DNA of 64,000 nucleotides from an uncultured Thermodesulfobacteriota bacterium (GTDB lineage: Bacteria; Desulfobacterota; S145-22), in contig CAZOBB010000058.1 in NCBI GenBank assembly GCA_964577975.1, forward strand, positions 19,367 through 83,366. Reading direction: 5' to 3'. Of the stretch, positions 39,666 to 50,410 are shown piece by piece. The notes under the pieces were generated by a model that saw only the letters and a list, made by a program, of their open reading frames with translations, did no database searches and was not told the DNA's origin. Numbering within the stretch: the first letter of the stretch is position 1; every line of letters begins with the position of its first letter. The position numbers and the translations under genes are program-made.

Positions 39666-40652
39666 TTACCGCGTTAAAGCCTTTCCCTGTCCCGGCACCG
39701 ACAACGATGGCAGGTCGGATCCGTGGATCTGACTATGACACTGTGTGCACCGTGTTCCCATCGCCATCTGCGAGCTGTGGGGATTTGGCGAAATCCTGTT
39801 TCCTCCATTGGGAGAATAGAATGTCGCATGAAAATGGAGATGGTGGCACTGTAGGCACAGGAACGGTTCGTTCTGTTTCAGCAGGTTGTCCGCCACCGTT
39901 CCATGCGGATCATGGCAGATCGTACAGTCTTCCATCACTGGTGCGTGTTCATAGGTAAACGGTCCCTGCTTGTCCGCATGGCACTTCCAGCAGAGATCGT
40001 TGATTCGCTCATCCGTTTTGAGATTGTGTAAACTGCTGCCATGATTCTCATGACAATCCGAGCACTTCATCTTCCCTTCCCGTACCGGATGGTGAGAAGG
40101 ATAGCTCTCCTTCGCCCTGATGTCGGCATGACACTGGTAACACAGTTCCGGCTCCGCCATCTTTAATGTCCCTTTGGCGGGATCCTGGTGGATCTTGTGA
40201 CAATCGACACAGGTCACATCGTTGAGGGCATGCTCGTTACCGCGCCAATCCATCGTGGCACCGTCCGTATGGCACTGCAAACAAATCGCTGACGCTTCGC
40301 CCGGAGTGATACCTCCTTCCTCCCCAACGTTGGTAAAACGGATAATCTTTGAGGTATCCCCGTCGTTTTCGATATGGACGCTACCCGGGCCATGGCAAGA
40401 CTCGCATCCCGCCTTCCCCTTCACTTCATAGTCGGCAACTCTACCATGAATGGTTCCCTTGAAAGCTTTCACCAGGTCTTCATGGCAGTCTGCGCACGCG
40501 TCCGTTCCCTCGTACGTTGCTCCCTTGATTGCCACAGGCATCTTAATCATCGCCTTGCTTTTCCCCTTGGTTGAGGCGCAAGTCCCCATGACCATCGCCA
40601 CCGAAATCATCAGGGCGAGCATCATCAGGGTATGAATTACGCTTCGCTTCAT
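39666..40652 (-). CDS. MtrA/DmsE-like decaheme c-type cytochrome
   Basis: Ten CxxCH motifs: CADCH, CESCH, CLQCH, CVDCH, CYQCH, CSDCH, CWKCH, CTICH, CLQCH, CTQCH; export signal; SD AAGGAGG. Confidence 0.93.
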   Translation of the reverse strand: MKRSVIHTLMMLALMISVAMVMGTCASTKGKSKAMIKMPVAIKGATYEGTDACADCHEDLVKAFKGTIHGRVADYEVKGKAGCESCHGPGSVHIENDGDTSKIIRFTNVGEEGGITPGEASAICLQCHTDGATMDWRGNEHALNDVTCVDCHKIHQDPAKGTLKMAEPELCYQCHADIRAKESYPSHHPVREGKMKCSDCHENHGSSLHNLKTDERINDLCWKCHADKQGPFTYEHAPVMEDCTICHDPHGTVADNLLKQNEPFLCLQCHHLHFHATFYSPNGGNRISPNPHSSQMAMGTRCTQCHSQIHGSDLPSLSVPGQGKALTR

Positions 40653-41054
40653 TTAGTTCCTCCTTCGTTTCGCAATGACTAATACCTACTTCCAATCCTG
40701 CAGCAACAATTCAAACTTATTCTCCAACCACGAATCAATAATCCCCTCTCTTCACCTCCTTTCTTCTTGTTCGATGTTCCCGCCATTTATGTTTTATTGA
40801 CTTTCCCATAAAGGGCAGGATGTAAAAAATGTCAAAAATCGCCCATCGTCGATTTGCTATTTATTATAGTAAAACTTTTCACAAATGCAAGTGTTTCCAT
40901 TAATTTTTCCGATAAAAATATTGGAATGCGATTATTTATCTCTATATCATAATCATTATTATTAAAATTCTTTTTGGCCAAAGGGCTTGACAAAATTCCC
41001 TTTCTATAATAAAGGGGAAACCCTATAATATAAATATACAAGGGAGGGAAAATT

Positions 41055-41324
41055 TTGGCCAATCATCCATCAGCATGGAAGAGAATCCGACAAAATAAAA
41101 AAAGAAATCTCAGAAATAAATATTATCGAACACGGATGAAAACATTCATCAAACGCGTCCGGGAAGCCATAAAAAAGAAAGATGCCGACGCGGCGGAAAA
41201 ACAGTTGCAAATCGCCAAGCGCATCATTGCCAAGACCGCTTCCAAGGGGGTCATCCATAAACGTACGGCGGCCCGTAAGATTTCACGTCTAACGCGTCAG
41301 GTGAATGCCCTACGGACATCATAG
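41055..41324 (+). CDS. rpsT: 30S ribosomal protein S20
   Basis: MANHPSAWKRIRQ...KGVIHKRTAARKISRL; TTG start behind AGGGAGG. Confidence 0.96.
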   Translation: MANHPSAWKRIRQNKKRNLRNKYYRTRMKTFIKRVREAIKKKDADAAEKQLQIAKRIIAKTASKGVIHKRTAARKISRLTRQVNALRTS

Positions 41325-41346
41325 ATCTAACCCTTTCATCCTTTCC

Positions 41347-41383
41347 AGGGTAGCGCAGAGGGTTTTCTCTGGCGCTACCCTTT
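41347..41383. terminator. Hairpin between convergent rpsT and aroK, probable terminator
   Basis: AGGGTAGCGC-AGAG-GGTTTT-CTCT-G-GCGCTACCCT-TT, about 14 bp stem. Confidence 0.65.
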
Positions 41384-41405
41384 CTCCATGAACATGCTAC
41401 CCCTT

Positions 41406-41930
41406 TTAAAAGTAATCGAGTGAGTCCAGTATCTCCTGTACCGCCTCCGAAGGAGTTTTTTGACTGTTTTCAATTTTAAGATCCGCATATTTTTCATAAA
41501 GGGGATACCGTTCGCAAAAGAGATCCTCGAATCGTTGCCGTGGGCGCATCGAAATCCCTCGAGTAGCAAAATCACGGATTCTCTGCTCGAGCGTTGCGAG
41601 ATTCACGTCTAAAAAGACGATGACTCCCTTCGTTCTTACGTGTTTCATCGCTTTCTCGCTATACACGGCGCTGCCTCCCGTCGCAACAATGACACGCCTA
41701 GGATCAAATTCGAGAAGGATCTTCTCTTCCATCCTCCGCAGAGCCTCATAACCCTCCCGATCCACAATGTCTTGTAGAGAGCAATTCGCAACCGTTTCGA
41801 TCAGCCTGTCCGTGTCCACAAATCCATATCCCATCCTTTCGGCGAGGAGCCTGCCTACCGTGCTCTTTCCTGCCCCTGGCATCCCGACTAGAATAACACT
41901 TTCTCCTTCGCGCCACACCCTTTTTTTCAT
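41406..41930 (-). CDS. aroK: Shikimate kinase
   Basis: Walker A GMPGAGKST, DTD, IVATGGS, R.PLYEKYAD; start set at ATG 41930. Confidence 0.9.
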   Translation of the reverse strand: MKKRVWREGESVILVGMPGAGKSTVGRLLAERMGYGFVDTDRLIETVANCSLQDIVDREGYEALRRMEEKILLEFDPRRVIVATGGSAVYSEKAMKHVRTKGVIVFLDVNLATLEQRIRDFATRGISMRPRQRFEDLFCERYPLYEKYADLKIENSQKTPSEAVQEILDSLDYF

Positions 41931-41937
41931 TTTGTCT

Positions 41938-42990
41938 TCATCCCACCCGGCCTTTGACCGATACATTTGACAACATATAGACAAGTCGCTCCATCACCAC
42001 CAAAGGGGGAATCCGACTCCCTTTCAACTGTAGGTCTGTTTCCTTTAAAAGGTCAAAAGTTCTCAAGAGCGTCTCTTCCGTGAACCTTCTCGCGTGTCGC
42101 GCCACTTTTCGTGCCACAAAACTTGAAGGATGAACAACACCATTTCCCGTGTCCATTCCTTGCCGTACCAATTTCATCCTCTTTGCGACCAAACGGTAAT
42201 GCCATAACAAAACGGCCAGGACTCGCAGTGGCGGTTCACCCCCACCTAAAATCTCGCGAATGATCTCCACCGCGTTTCTCACGTTTCCCCCGATGATGGC
42301 GTCCAACAAACTAAAAACATCTCTCGAAAAGGCCTCCGGAGACACGATATCGAAATCCTCTTCACGAAGAACCTGCCGTCCCTTCGTAAGAAGCACCACC
42401 TTTTCCAATTCGCTATCCAGCTTTCCGGCGTTCACACCGCACATCTCGACAAACTGCTCTATCCACTCCCTGGACGCCTTTTTCCCCTCCTCCCTGATTC
42501 GCCCTTTCACAAACGCCGTCGCCTCCCTCTCACGAAACTCGAGACAAGGGACAACAATCGCCTCTTTTGGAAGGGATTTAATAAAAGAGTCTCTTTTCTT
42601 TATTTCCACCGGACAAGAAATCAAAAGAAGTGTTCGGACGGATGGGTTTCGGAAATATCGAATCAAGACATCTTTCAGTGAAACATCCGCCTCCGTTTGT
42701 TTTGCGGAATCCTCCGATGGATCGAATCTCCAAAGAAGCAGCAACTTTTTCCCAAGACCGAAAGGCACGGTTCTAAGCTCGCTCAAAAGACGGGCGGGAG
42801 CAATCTCCTCGGACTCATATTGTTCCACTCCAAATACACGATCCTTCTCGTTTGGGAAAACCGCTTCGATGATCCGAGAAACCAAACTGTGCTGGAGAAA
42901 GAGATTGGGACCATGTAACACGATCACGGAAGGGATATGACCATCCCTGACGTCCGCCACCACCTCTGCCGGCCGTCTCTCATTGCCCAT
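41938..42990 (-). CDS. holA: DNA polymerase III delta subunit
   Basis: LRTVPFG...KLL, ELEKVVL, VFSLLDAI, D.QLKGS patterns; leuS-lptE-holA synteny. Confidence 0.85.
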   Translation of the reverse strand: MGNERRPAEVVADVRDGHIPSVIVLHGPNLFLQHSLVSRIIEAVFPNEKDRVFGVEQYESEEIAPARLLSELRTVPFGLGKKLLLLWRFDPSEDSAKQTEADVSLKDVLIRYFRNPSVRTLLLISCPVEIKKRDSFIKSLPKEAIVVPCLEFREREATAFVKGRIREEGKKASREWIEQFVEMCGVNAGKLDSELEKVVLLTKGRQVLREEDFDIVSPEAFSRDVFSLLDAIIGGNVRNAVEIIREILGGGEPPLRVLAVLLWHYRLVAKRMKLVRQGMDTGNGVVHPSSFVARKVARHARRFTEETLLRTFDLLKETDLQLKGSRIPPLVVMERLVYMLSNVSVKGRVG

Positions 42991-43001
42991 TGCTTCTTCC
43001 T

Positions 43002-43039
43002 AATAGAAAGGGAGGATTCCCCAGCCGAGGATCCTCCCT
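43002..43039 (-). terminator. Terminator-like hairpin between lptE and holA
   Basis: Minus strand AGGGAGGAT-CCTCGGCTGGGGA-ATCCTCCCT followed by TTCTATT. Confidence 0.5.
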
Positions 43040-43060
43040 CTCCTGTTTCCGTATTTCTTG

Positions 43061-43585
43061 TCAGAAATTCTCAAGCATACGATCATGGATTGTTTCTGCC
43101 ATAAACTTCGCCAAACGTTGTATCGCTTTCTCTTTCAAGGCCTCATTCTCAATGGTGTTGGTCGACGCCTCGTAATCCTCAAACTCTTGGAGCCGTTTGG
43201 CCCTCCAAATAACCTCCCCCGTCTTCGCTCGGACAAGGGAAACATCGACAACGATTCTCACACGATACTGATTCACCCGCCCCGATGCCGAATAGGTCAG
43301 AGTTTCATCATGGAATTCCTTTATTGTCCCGTGGACAATGGCATCCGCCTTATTCACGTCCGTGAGCTTCAATTCCTTCCCTCGAACAAACTCAGAGATC
43401 AGCGCATTGGTGAAGATGTTCTCAATATTGGTTTCCGCCGTTTCATTCTTAAATATTGGAATACTGATACTTTGAATGTCTTTTGGAAGGTTATTTTCCT
43501 TCCCTTTGAAATGATACCCGCACCCCCCAAGGAACACCGCTATCAAAAAGATGCCCAATCCCTTCACCACAAAACGATTACGCAT
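43061..43585 (-). CDS. lptE: LPS assembly lipoprotein LptE-like
   Basis: Lipobox LGGC followed by GYHF; position after leuS. Confidence 0.85.
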   Translation of the reverse strand: MRNRFVVKGLGIFLIAVFLGGCGYHFKGKENNLPKDIQSISIPIFKNETAETNIENIFTNALISEFVRGKELKLTDVNKADAIVHGTIKEFHDETLTYSASGRVNQYRVRIVVDVSLVRAKTGEVIWRAKRLQEFEDYEASTNTIENEALKEKAIQRLAKFMAETIHDRMLENF

Positions 43586-43661
43586 AGAAATCTCCTTTTT
43601 TGACGATTCGATTCCTTCCTACCATACGGTTTCCCTCATGACAAGGCACACAACGCCATCC

Positions 43662-46127
43662 TTACCCGACAACGATATTAACGAGCTTTTTTGGAACATA
43701 AATCACTTTCCTGACTGTCTTGCCACTTATATATTTTTTTACCTTTTCCTGAGCCATCGCCTTTTCCTTGACCTCTTCCTCCTCCACATCCGCCGGCAGG
43801 GTCAAGCGATCCCGCAACTTCCCGTTGACCTGCACTACAATGGTAATCTCTTCCTCTCTGGCCGCCTCCGAATCGAAAGCAGGCCACGGCTGCTGGAGAA
43901 GATAGCCTTCGTTCCCCATCTGTCTCCACAATTCCTCTGTAATGTGAGGGACAAAAGGGGAAAGGAGGACAACGACCGCCTCCACTGCTTCTCGAAAGGC
44001 CCCCCGTGTTTCTTCTTTTGGAGGCAGAATGCCATAAATGGCGTTCGTAAGCTCCATCACGGCGCTGATGGCCGTGTTGAAGTGATACCGATCAACATCC
44101 CCCGTCACCCTTTTTATGGTCTGATGGGTTTTTCGATGGAGATCCTGCGAAACCTTATCCTTCCCTACATCCGCCGGATCCTTTTTCAAAATATCCAGGT
44201 TTTCCATAATCAGCCGCCACACCCGATTCAGAAAACGATAGCTCCCCTCCACCCCCTGGTCACTCCAATCCAAGTCACGTTCCGGAGGAGCCGCAAAAAG
44301 GCTAAAGAGGCGTGCCGTGTCGGCTCCATACTTCTCGATGAGATAGTTGGGATCCACCACATTCCCCTTGGACTTGGACATCTTCGCCCCGTCTTTGATC
44401 ACCATCCCTTGCGTCAGGAGATTCGTAAAGGGTTCATCAAATTCCACCAATCCAAAATCCCTTAAGACCTTCGTATAGAACCTGGAATAGAGGAGATGCA
44501 GGATCGCATGCTCAATCCCCCCGATGTACTGATCCACCGGAAGCCAATATTTAACCGCTTCGGGATCAAACATCCCCTTGTCATAATGGGGTGAGGCATA
44601 CCTTTCGTAATACCAGGACGACTCCACAAAGGTGTCCATCGTATCCGTCTCTCGACGGGCTTTCTTCCCACATTTCGGGCACGAAACCTCATAAAATTCC
44701 GGAGATTTTGGCAATGGTGACTGTCCATCTTTCCCCACCTCGAGGTTGAGAGGTAAAACGACGGGAAGATCCTCTTCCGGAACGGGAACGATGCCACACT
44801 CGTCGCAGTAAATGATTGGAATAGGTGCCCCCCAGTAGCGTTGCCGGGAAATCCCCCAGTCCCGAAGGCGGTACTGTACCGACCGTTTCCCAATTCCCTT
44901 CTCCTCCAGATAATCGGCAATCTTTTCCATCGCTTCCCGATTGGGAAGACCATCGAAAGGTCCCGAATTCACCAAAATCCCATCATCCGTATAAGCCTCT
45001 GTCATAGTATCCGGATCAAGGGTCCCCCCTTCTGGCTGAATCACCACCACCAGAGGCAGTCCGTATTTTTTCGCAAATTCAAAATCGCGCTGGTCATGGG
45101 TAGGCACCGCCATGACAGCCCCCGTTCCATACTCCATCAAAACGAAATTCGCCACATAGATGGGCATTTCCCATCCTGTGAGGGGATTGACACAATAGGC
45201 GCCGGTAAACACCCCCTCCTTTTCCAAGTCTTCAGAAGAACGGACAATCTTGTCCTGTTTCTTTGTTCGCTCCACAAACTCCTTAACGGCCTTAAACTGG
45301 GAAGTCCCCTCCGCCAATTCCAGGGCCAAGGGATGCTCCGGTGCCAGGCTCATGAACGTAGCCCCGAACAAGGTATCCTGGCGTGTCGTGAAAACTCGGA
45401 TGGCATCTTCACGACCTTTGATGGGGAAATCGACCTCGACCCCAATACTTTTGCCGATCCAGTTTTTTTGCATGGTTAGAACACGCTCCGGCCAGCCATG
45501 AAGTTTGTCGCAATACTCCAGAAGCTCATCGGCATAAGCGGTAATCTTGAAAAACCACTGATCCAGCTCCTTGGGCGTAACCTCCTGATGACACCGCCAG
45601 CATTTCCCTCCCTCCACCTGCTCGTTGGCCAGAACCGTTTGACACGTTTCGCACCAATTCACCGCCGACTTTTTCTTATACGCCAACCCTTTCTCATACA
45701 TCTTGAGGAAGATAAGTTGCTCCCACCGATAATACTCAGGTTCGCACGTCGCTATCTCTCGGTCCCAGTCATAACTGAATCCCATCCGTTTGAGTTGGCT
45801 CCGCATGGCCTCGATATTCTGGTGCGTCCAGATATTCGGGTGAATGCCATGCTGGATCGCGGCGTTTTCCGCCGGCATTCCAAAGGCGTCCCACCCCATC
45901 GGATGGAGAACGTTAAACCCCCTCATCCTGAGAAAGCGCGCCATGACATCGCCGATGGAATAATTCCGCACGTGCCCCATGTGAATCTTGCCAGAGGGAT
46001 AGGGAAACATCTCCAAAAGATAAAACTTTTTCCTGGAAGAATCCTCTTCCGCTCGAAACAGACCTGCTTCCTCCCAGCGTTTCTGCCAGGTCGGCTCAAT
46101 TACTCCAGGTTCATACTTTGGAATCAT
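43662..46127 (-). CDS. leuS: Leucine--tRNA ligase
   Basis: FPYPSG, HMGH, editing domain [23 protein letters not shown]. Confidence 0.98.
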   Translation of the reverse strand: MIPKYEPGVIEPTWQKRWEEAGLFRAEEDSSRKKFYLLEMFPYPSGKIHMGHVRNYSIGDVMARFLRMRGFNVLHPMGWDAFGMPAENAAIQHGIHPNIWTHQNIEAMRSQLKRMGFSYDWDREIATCEPEYYRWEQLIFLKMYEKGLAYKKKSAVNWCETCQTVLANEQVEGGKCWRCHQEVTPKELDQWFFKITAYADELLEYCDKLHGWPERVLTMQKNWIGKSIGVEVDFPIKGREDAIRVFTTRQDTLFGATFMSLAPEHPLALELAEGTSQFKAVKEFVERTKKQDKIVRSSEDLEKEGVFTGAYCVNPLTGWEMPIYVANFVLMEYGTGAVMAVPTHDQRDFEFAKKYGLPLVVVIQPEGGTLDPDTMTEAYTDDGILVNSGPFDGLPNREAMEKIADYLEEKGIGKRSVQYRLRDWGISRQRYWGAPIPIIYCDECGIVPVPEEDLPVVLPLNLEVGKDGQSPLPKSPEFYEVSCPKCGKKARRETDTMDTFVESSWYYERYASPHYDKGMFDPEAVKYWLPVDQYIGGIEHAILHLLYSRFYTKVLRDFGLVEFDEPFTNLLTQGMVIKDGAKMSKSKGNVVDPNYLIEKYGADTARLFSLFAAPPERDLDWSDQGVEGSYRFLNRVWRLIMENLDILKKDPADVGKDKVSQDLHRKTHQTIKRVTGDVDRYHFNTAISAVMELTNAIYGILPPKEETRGAFREAVEAVVVLLSPFVPHITEELWRQMGNEGYLLQQPWPAFDSEAAREEEITIVVQVNGKLRDRLTLPADVEEEEVKEKAMAQEKVKKYISGKTVRKVIYVPKKLVNIVVG

Positions 46128-46131
46128 CGTT

Positions 46132-47352
46132 TCAATCCCCCGACCGGTCTTTTTCCCTAAGTTTCCGGATTCGCAACCTCAAAGAATTCAATCGAATAAA
46201 TCCTTCTGCATCACTCTGCCGATAGACCTCGTCCCTTTCAAAAGTGGCAAAATCCTCGTGATAGAGGGAGAAAGGTGAACGTCGGCCCACAACCATACAA
46301 TTGCCTTTATAGAGTTTCAGACGAACATCCCCCGTAACCTCTTTTTGGGTCGCCCGGATCATCTCCCATAGCACCTCCATCTCCGGCGAATACCAGTAGC
46401 CGTAATAGATCAACTCGGCAATCTTCGGCATGAGTTTGTCTTTCAGATGCATAACTTCCCTGTCCAAAGTAATCGACTCCATGGCGCGGTGAGCAATATG
46501 AAGCACCGTTCCTCCTGGCGTTTCATAAACTCCGCGGGATTTCATTCCCACATAGCGATTCTCCACCATATCCACTCGGCCAATCCCGTTTTCGCCCGCA
46601 ATCTTATTTAAGGTCTCCAGCAAAGCAGCAGGCGATAGGTGCACTCCATCCACAGCTACAGGGATTCCCCTTTCGAAGGAAATCTCAAGATACCTCGGCG
46701 TATCGGGCGCTCTCTCCGGAGGAACCGTCATCACAAACATATCATCAGGGGGTTCCATCCACGGATCCTCCAATATACCCCCTTCAAAACTGATGTGAAG
46801 GAGGTTCCGGTCGCTGCTATAAGGTTTTTCCTTCGTCACGGGAACCGGAATTCCCTTCTCTTTCGCATAGGCAATGAGATCGCTCCTGGAGCGGAACGAC
46901 CATTCCCGCCACGGCGCGATCACACGAATGCCAGGGTCCAGGCTCAAATACGTCAATTCGAACCGGACCTGATCGTTGCCTTTCCCCGTAGCCCCATGTG
47001 CCACGGCGTCCGCCCCCTCACGGTGAGCGATTTCAATTTGCCTTTTCGCGATCAAAGGTCGGGCGATTGAGGTTCCCAGCAAATATGTGCCCTCATAAAT
47101 AGCTCCGGCTTGAAGAGCAGGAAAAACGAAATCTCGGACAAATTCCTCTTTGAGGTCGTCTATATAGACCTTACTGGCTCCCGTCTTTCTTGCCTTCTCT
47201 TCCACCGGTGCCAGTTCTTCTCCCTGACCCAAATCAGCAGCGAAGGCAATAACCTCGCATCCATACGTTTCCGCCAACCATTTCAGGATGATGGAGGTAT
47301 CCAATCCTCCCGAATAAGCAAGAACAACTTTTTTTACTCCCTCTGCCATCAT
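46132..47352 (-). CDS. argG: Argininosuccinate synthase
   Basis: [32 protein letters not shown]. Confidence 0.98.
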   Translation of the reverse strand: MMAEGVKKVVLAYSGGLDTSIILKWLAETYGCEVIAFAADLGQGEELAPVEEKARKTGASKVYIDDLKEEFVRDFVFPALQAGAIYEGTYLLGTSIARPLIAKRQIEIAHREGADAVAHGATGKGNDQVRFELTYLSLDPGIRVIAPWREWSFRSRSDLIAYAKEKGIPVPVTKEKPYSSDRNLLHISFEGGILEDPWMEPPDDMFVMTVPPERAPDTPRYLEISFERGIPVAVDGVHLSPAALLETLNKIAGENGIGRVDMVENRYVGMKSRGVYETPGGTVLHIAHRAMESITLDREVMHLKDKLMPKIAELIYYGYWYSPEMEVLWEMIRATQKEVTGDVRLKLYKGNCMVVGRRSPFSLYHEDFATFERDEVYRQSDAEGFIRLNSLRLRIRKLREKDRSGD

Positions 47353-47425
47353 ACTTCCCCTTTATACTTTGCTATGTGAAAGGCAACATGATCGCCCGTC
47401 TTCTTTTTGATATTCCCTCTCTCTT

Positions 47426-48331
47426 TTACGTCGAAAGGAGAAAAGTCAGGATCGCCTTTTGAGCATGCAACCGATTCTCCGCCTGATCGAATACAATCGA
47501 TTGAGGCCCATCCATCACCTCTGATGCCACTTCCTGACCTCGATGGGCTGGAAGACAATGCATAAACCAAGCCCCCTCTTTCGCTCTCCGTAATAGGGTC
47601 TCCGTTACCTGAAACCCTTCAAAGTCTCTCATCCTCTGGTGTGCTTCATTCTCCTGCCCCATGCTCGTCCACACATCCGTGTAGACCACGTCGGCCCCCT
47701 CCACCGCTTCCTCAGGACGATGAAAGATCCGCACACGCCCTGCGGGGGCCTGCGAAACGAATTTATCATCGGGATCATACCCAACGGGGCATCCCACTTT
47801 CAACGTAAAATCGAGCCGGGTCGCCGCCAATATCCAGGAGTGCGCCACATTGTTCCCATCCCCCACATAGGCGATCGTGATCCCCTCCATCTTCCCTTCC
47901 CGCTCGTAGATCGTCAACAGGTCAGAAAGGATCTGACAAGGATGGGTCGCGTCCGTTAACCCATTTATAACGGGGACCGTCGCCGCCTTCGCAAGAGATT
48001 CCACGGTTTCATGATGATAGGCGCGAATCATGATACCATCGACATACCTGGAAAGGACCCGGGCCGTGTCTTCAATCGTTTCCCCACGCCCCAATTGCAT
48101 CTCGCTGCTAGATAGAACGATAGGTGTGGCCCCCAACTGGGCGATGCCCACTTCGAACGAAACCCTCGTCCTCGTGGAAGGTTTCTCAAATATCATGGCC
48201 ACAGTCTTCCCCTCCAGAAATCGATGTGGAATCCCCTGTTTTTGGAAGTGCTTAAGACGCCTACCCTCTTTGACGAGGCGTATGATCTCATCCCGCGTGA
48301 GGTCAAGAAGGGTTATTAAATCGCGCTTCAT
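47426..48331 (-). CDS. argF: Ornithine carbamoyltransferase
   Basis: FEKPSTRTR, HPCQ, YTDVWTSMG, HCLP, DQAENR. Confidence 0.97.
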   Translation of the reverse strand: MKRDLITLLDLTRDEIIRLVKEGRRLKHFQKQGIPHRFLEGKTVAMIFEKPSTRTRVSFEVGIAQLGATPIVLSSSEMQLGRGETIEDTARVLSRYVDGIMIRAYHHETVESLAKAATVPVINGLTDATHPCQILSDLLTIYEREGKMEGITIAYVGDGNNVAHSWILAATRLDFTLKVGCPVGYDPDDKFVSQAPAGRVRIFHRPEEAVEGADVVYTDVWTSMGQENEAHQRMRDFEGFQVTETLLRRAKEGAWFMHCLPAHRGQEVASEVMDGPQSIVFDQAENRLHAQKAILTFLLST

Positions 48332-49524
48332 TTTATCTCCTCGAAAATATCGGTCATAATCTCAACCATTTCTTCTACTTCTTTTTCAGAAATTATCAAG
48401 GGGGGAAGCAAACGTAACACCGTTTCTTGGGTACAGTTAACCAGCAATCCCTTCTGAAAGGCCTTTTTAACGACATCCGCGCAAGGAATTGAAAGTTTCA
48501 CGCCCACGATGAGCCCCCTCCCCCGAACCTCTTCGATGAATCCGAATCGAGCCGCCATTTCATTGAAACAACCTTGAATCCTTTCCCCCATGGCTATTAC
48601 ATTTTCAAGGAATTCCCCCTTTTCAAGATAATCCAAGACAACAAGGCCCGCTCGACACGCGACTGGATTCCCCCCAAAGGTACTCCCATGGCTACCCGCC
48701 GAAAGGATCTGGGCGTATTTCTCTTTCGCCAGCATCGCTCCCAAAGGTAATCCCCCTCCCAATGCCTTCGCCAACGTCATCACATCGGGCTCGATTCCGG
48801 CCCACTGGTAAGCAAAGGGTTTACCCGTCCGCCCAAGTCCCACCTGAATCTCATCCACGATAAAAACAAGATCCCGTTCCGTGCATAAGGCGCGAACCTC
48901 CTGAAGATACGATTGAGAAAGGACAACCACCCCTCCCTCTCCCAGGATAGGCTCCAGCATAATGGCGCAGGTTCGGTCAGAAATCGCCTCTTTCAACGCC
49001 TCCACGTCGCCAGCAGGAACATGCCGAAAACCCTCCAGCAAGGGAGAAAACCCTTTTTTTACCTTCTCCTGTCCCGTTGCTGAAACCGTGGCGAGTGTTC
49101 TTCCATGAAACGAATCCTCTAATGTGATGATTTCAAACCTATCTCCTCCGTACCTTTCCAGGGCATATTTGCGAGCCAACTTGATGGCCGCTTCGTTTGC
49201 CTCCGCCCCGGAATTGCAGAAAAAGACCCGATTCATCGAAGTAAGTCGCACCAACCGCACCGCCAATTCCGTTTGGGACGGCATATAATAGAGATTGGAC
49301 ACATGAGAGAAAGACTTGACTTGATCGCACACGGCGGCAATCAATTCGGGATGGGCATGACCCAGATTCGTCACCCCGATCCCACTCACGAAATCGAGAT
49401 ACCGACGGCCTTCCGTATCAAAAAGATAAACTCCCTCCCCCCGTACCATGGCGGCCGCAAACCGATTGTACGTGGGGAAAAAACTCTCATCCGACCTGCC
49501 TTTGATTTCATCAAACTTTCTCAT
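48328..49524 (-). CDS. argD: Acetylornithine aminotransferase
   Basis: FFCNSGAEANEAA, FHGRT, DEIQVGLGRTG, LAKALGGG, HGSTFGGNP. Confidence 0.95.
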   Translation of the reverse strand: MRKFDEIKGRSDESFFPTYNRFAAAMVRGEGVYLFDTEGRRYLDFVSGIGVTNLGHAHPELIAAVCDQVKSFSHVSNLYYMPSQTELAVRLVRLTSMNRVFFCNSGAEANEAAIKLARKYALERYGGDRFEIITLEDSFHGRTLATVSATGQEKVKKGFSPLLEGFRHVPAGDVEALKEAISDRTCAIMLEPILGEGGVVVLSQSYLQEVRALCTERDLVFIVDEIQVGLGRTGKPFAYQWAGIEPDVMTLAKALGGGLPLGAMLAKEKYAQILSAGSHGSTFGGNPVACRAGLVVLDYLEKGEFLENVIAMGERIQGCFNEMAARFGFIEEVRGRGLIVGVKLSIPCADVVKKAFQKGLLVNCTQETVLRLLPPLIISEKEVEEMVEIMTDIFEEIK

Positions 49525-50405
49525 CTCGTTTCCTTCACAACCTCCGTCCCCACCCCTCCCTTGGTGAATATCTCCAATAATACCGCATGAGGAAGGGTCC
49601 CATTAATGATGTGGGTTTTCTCCACACCATTCGTGACGGCATCGATTACACAGCGAATCTTTGGGATCATTCCCCCTTGAATAACCCCTTCCGCAATCAG
49701 CCGCTCTGCCTCTCTCGCCGACAATGAGGATAAAAGCCGTCCCCGAGCATCCATCACCCCATCCACGTCGGTCAATAGGATCAGCTTTTCCGCACGAAGG
49801 GCCTCGGCGATCCGCCCAGCCACATGATCTGCGTTGAGATTCAATGCCTTGCCATTCTTCCCTTGCCCAACCGGCGCCACTACCGGAATAAAACCTCGCT
49901 CAATCAAGGTTGCCAAAATCTCGGGGCGAATTTCGTCGATTTCTCCTACCTGCCCCAAATCCACCTTGTCCGTCTCTTCTTCATAAGTTCGAAGTCGCAT
50001 TTTCCTCGCCCGAATCAGATTCCCGTCCTTGCCTGCCAATCCTACGGCATTTCCACCGAACTTATTGATACGTCGGACGATATTTCCGTTCACAAGTCCC
50101 ATGAGAACCATCTCCACCACATCCATCGTTTTTTCATCCGTCACACGCAATCCCTCATGAAAACGGGTTTCTATCCCCAACTGTTCCAAGACCCGTCCGA
50201 TCTGAGGTCCTCCCCCATGCACGACAATGGGATGAATGCCAACGGTCGCGAGAAGAACGATATCCCTGGCAAAATCGTCCTCCAAGAGGGGATCTTGCAT
50301 GGCGTGCCCCCCGTATTTAATCACGACTGTTTTGCCAGAAAAGGCTTGGATGTAGGGAAGAGCCTCTATAAGCGTTTCTGCCCGACGTATAAAGCTTTCC
50401 ATCAT
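49521..50405 (-). CDS. argB: Acetylglutamate kinase
   Basis: VIKYGG, VHGGGPQI, GLRVTD, NLNAD, GGMIPKI. Confidence 0.97.
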   Translation of the reverse strand: MMESFIRRAETLIEALPYIQAFSGKTVVIKYGGHAMQDPLLEDDFARDIVLLATVGIHPIVVHGGGPQIGRVLEQLGIETRFHEGLRVTDEKTMDVVEMVLMGLVNGNIVRRINKFGGNAVGLAGKDGNLIRARKMRLRTYEEETDKVDLGQVGEIDEIRPEILATLIERGFIPVVAPVGQGKNGKALNLNADHVAGRIAEALRAEKLILLTDVDGVMDARGRLLSSLSAREAERLIAEGVIQGGMIPKIRCVIDAVTNGVEKTHIINGTLPHAVLLEIFTKGGVGTEVVKETR

Positions 50406-50410
50406 AACCC

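Noticed and set aside
40797-40835. FNR/CRP-like TTGAC...GTCAA site upstream of the cytochrome
   Set aside because: The half-sites are 29 nt apart rather than 4.
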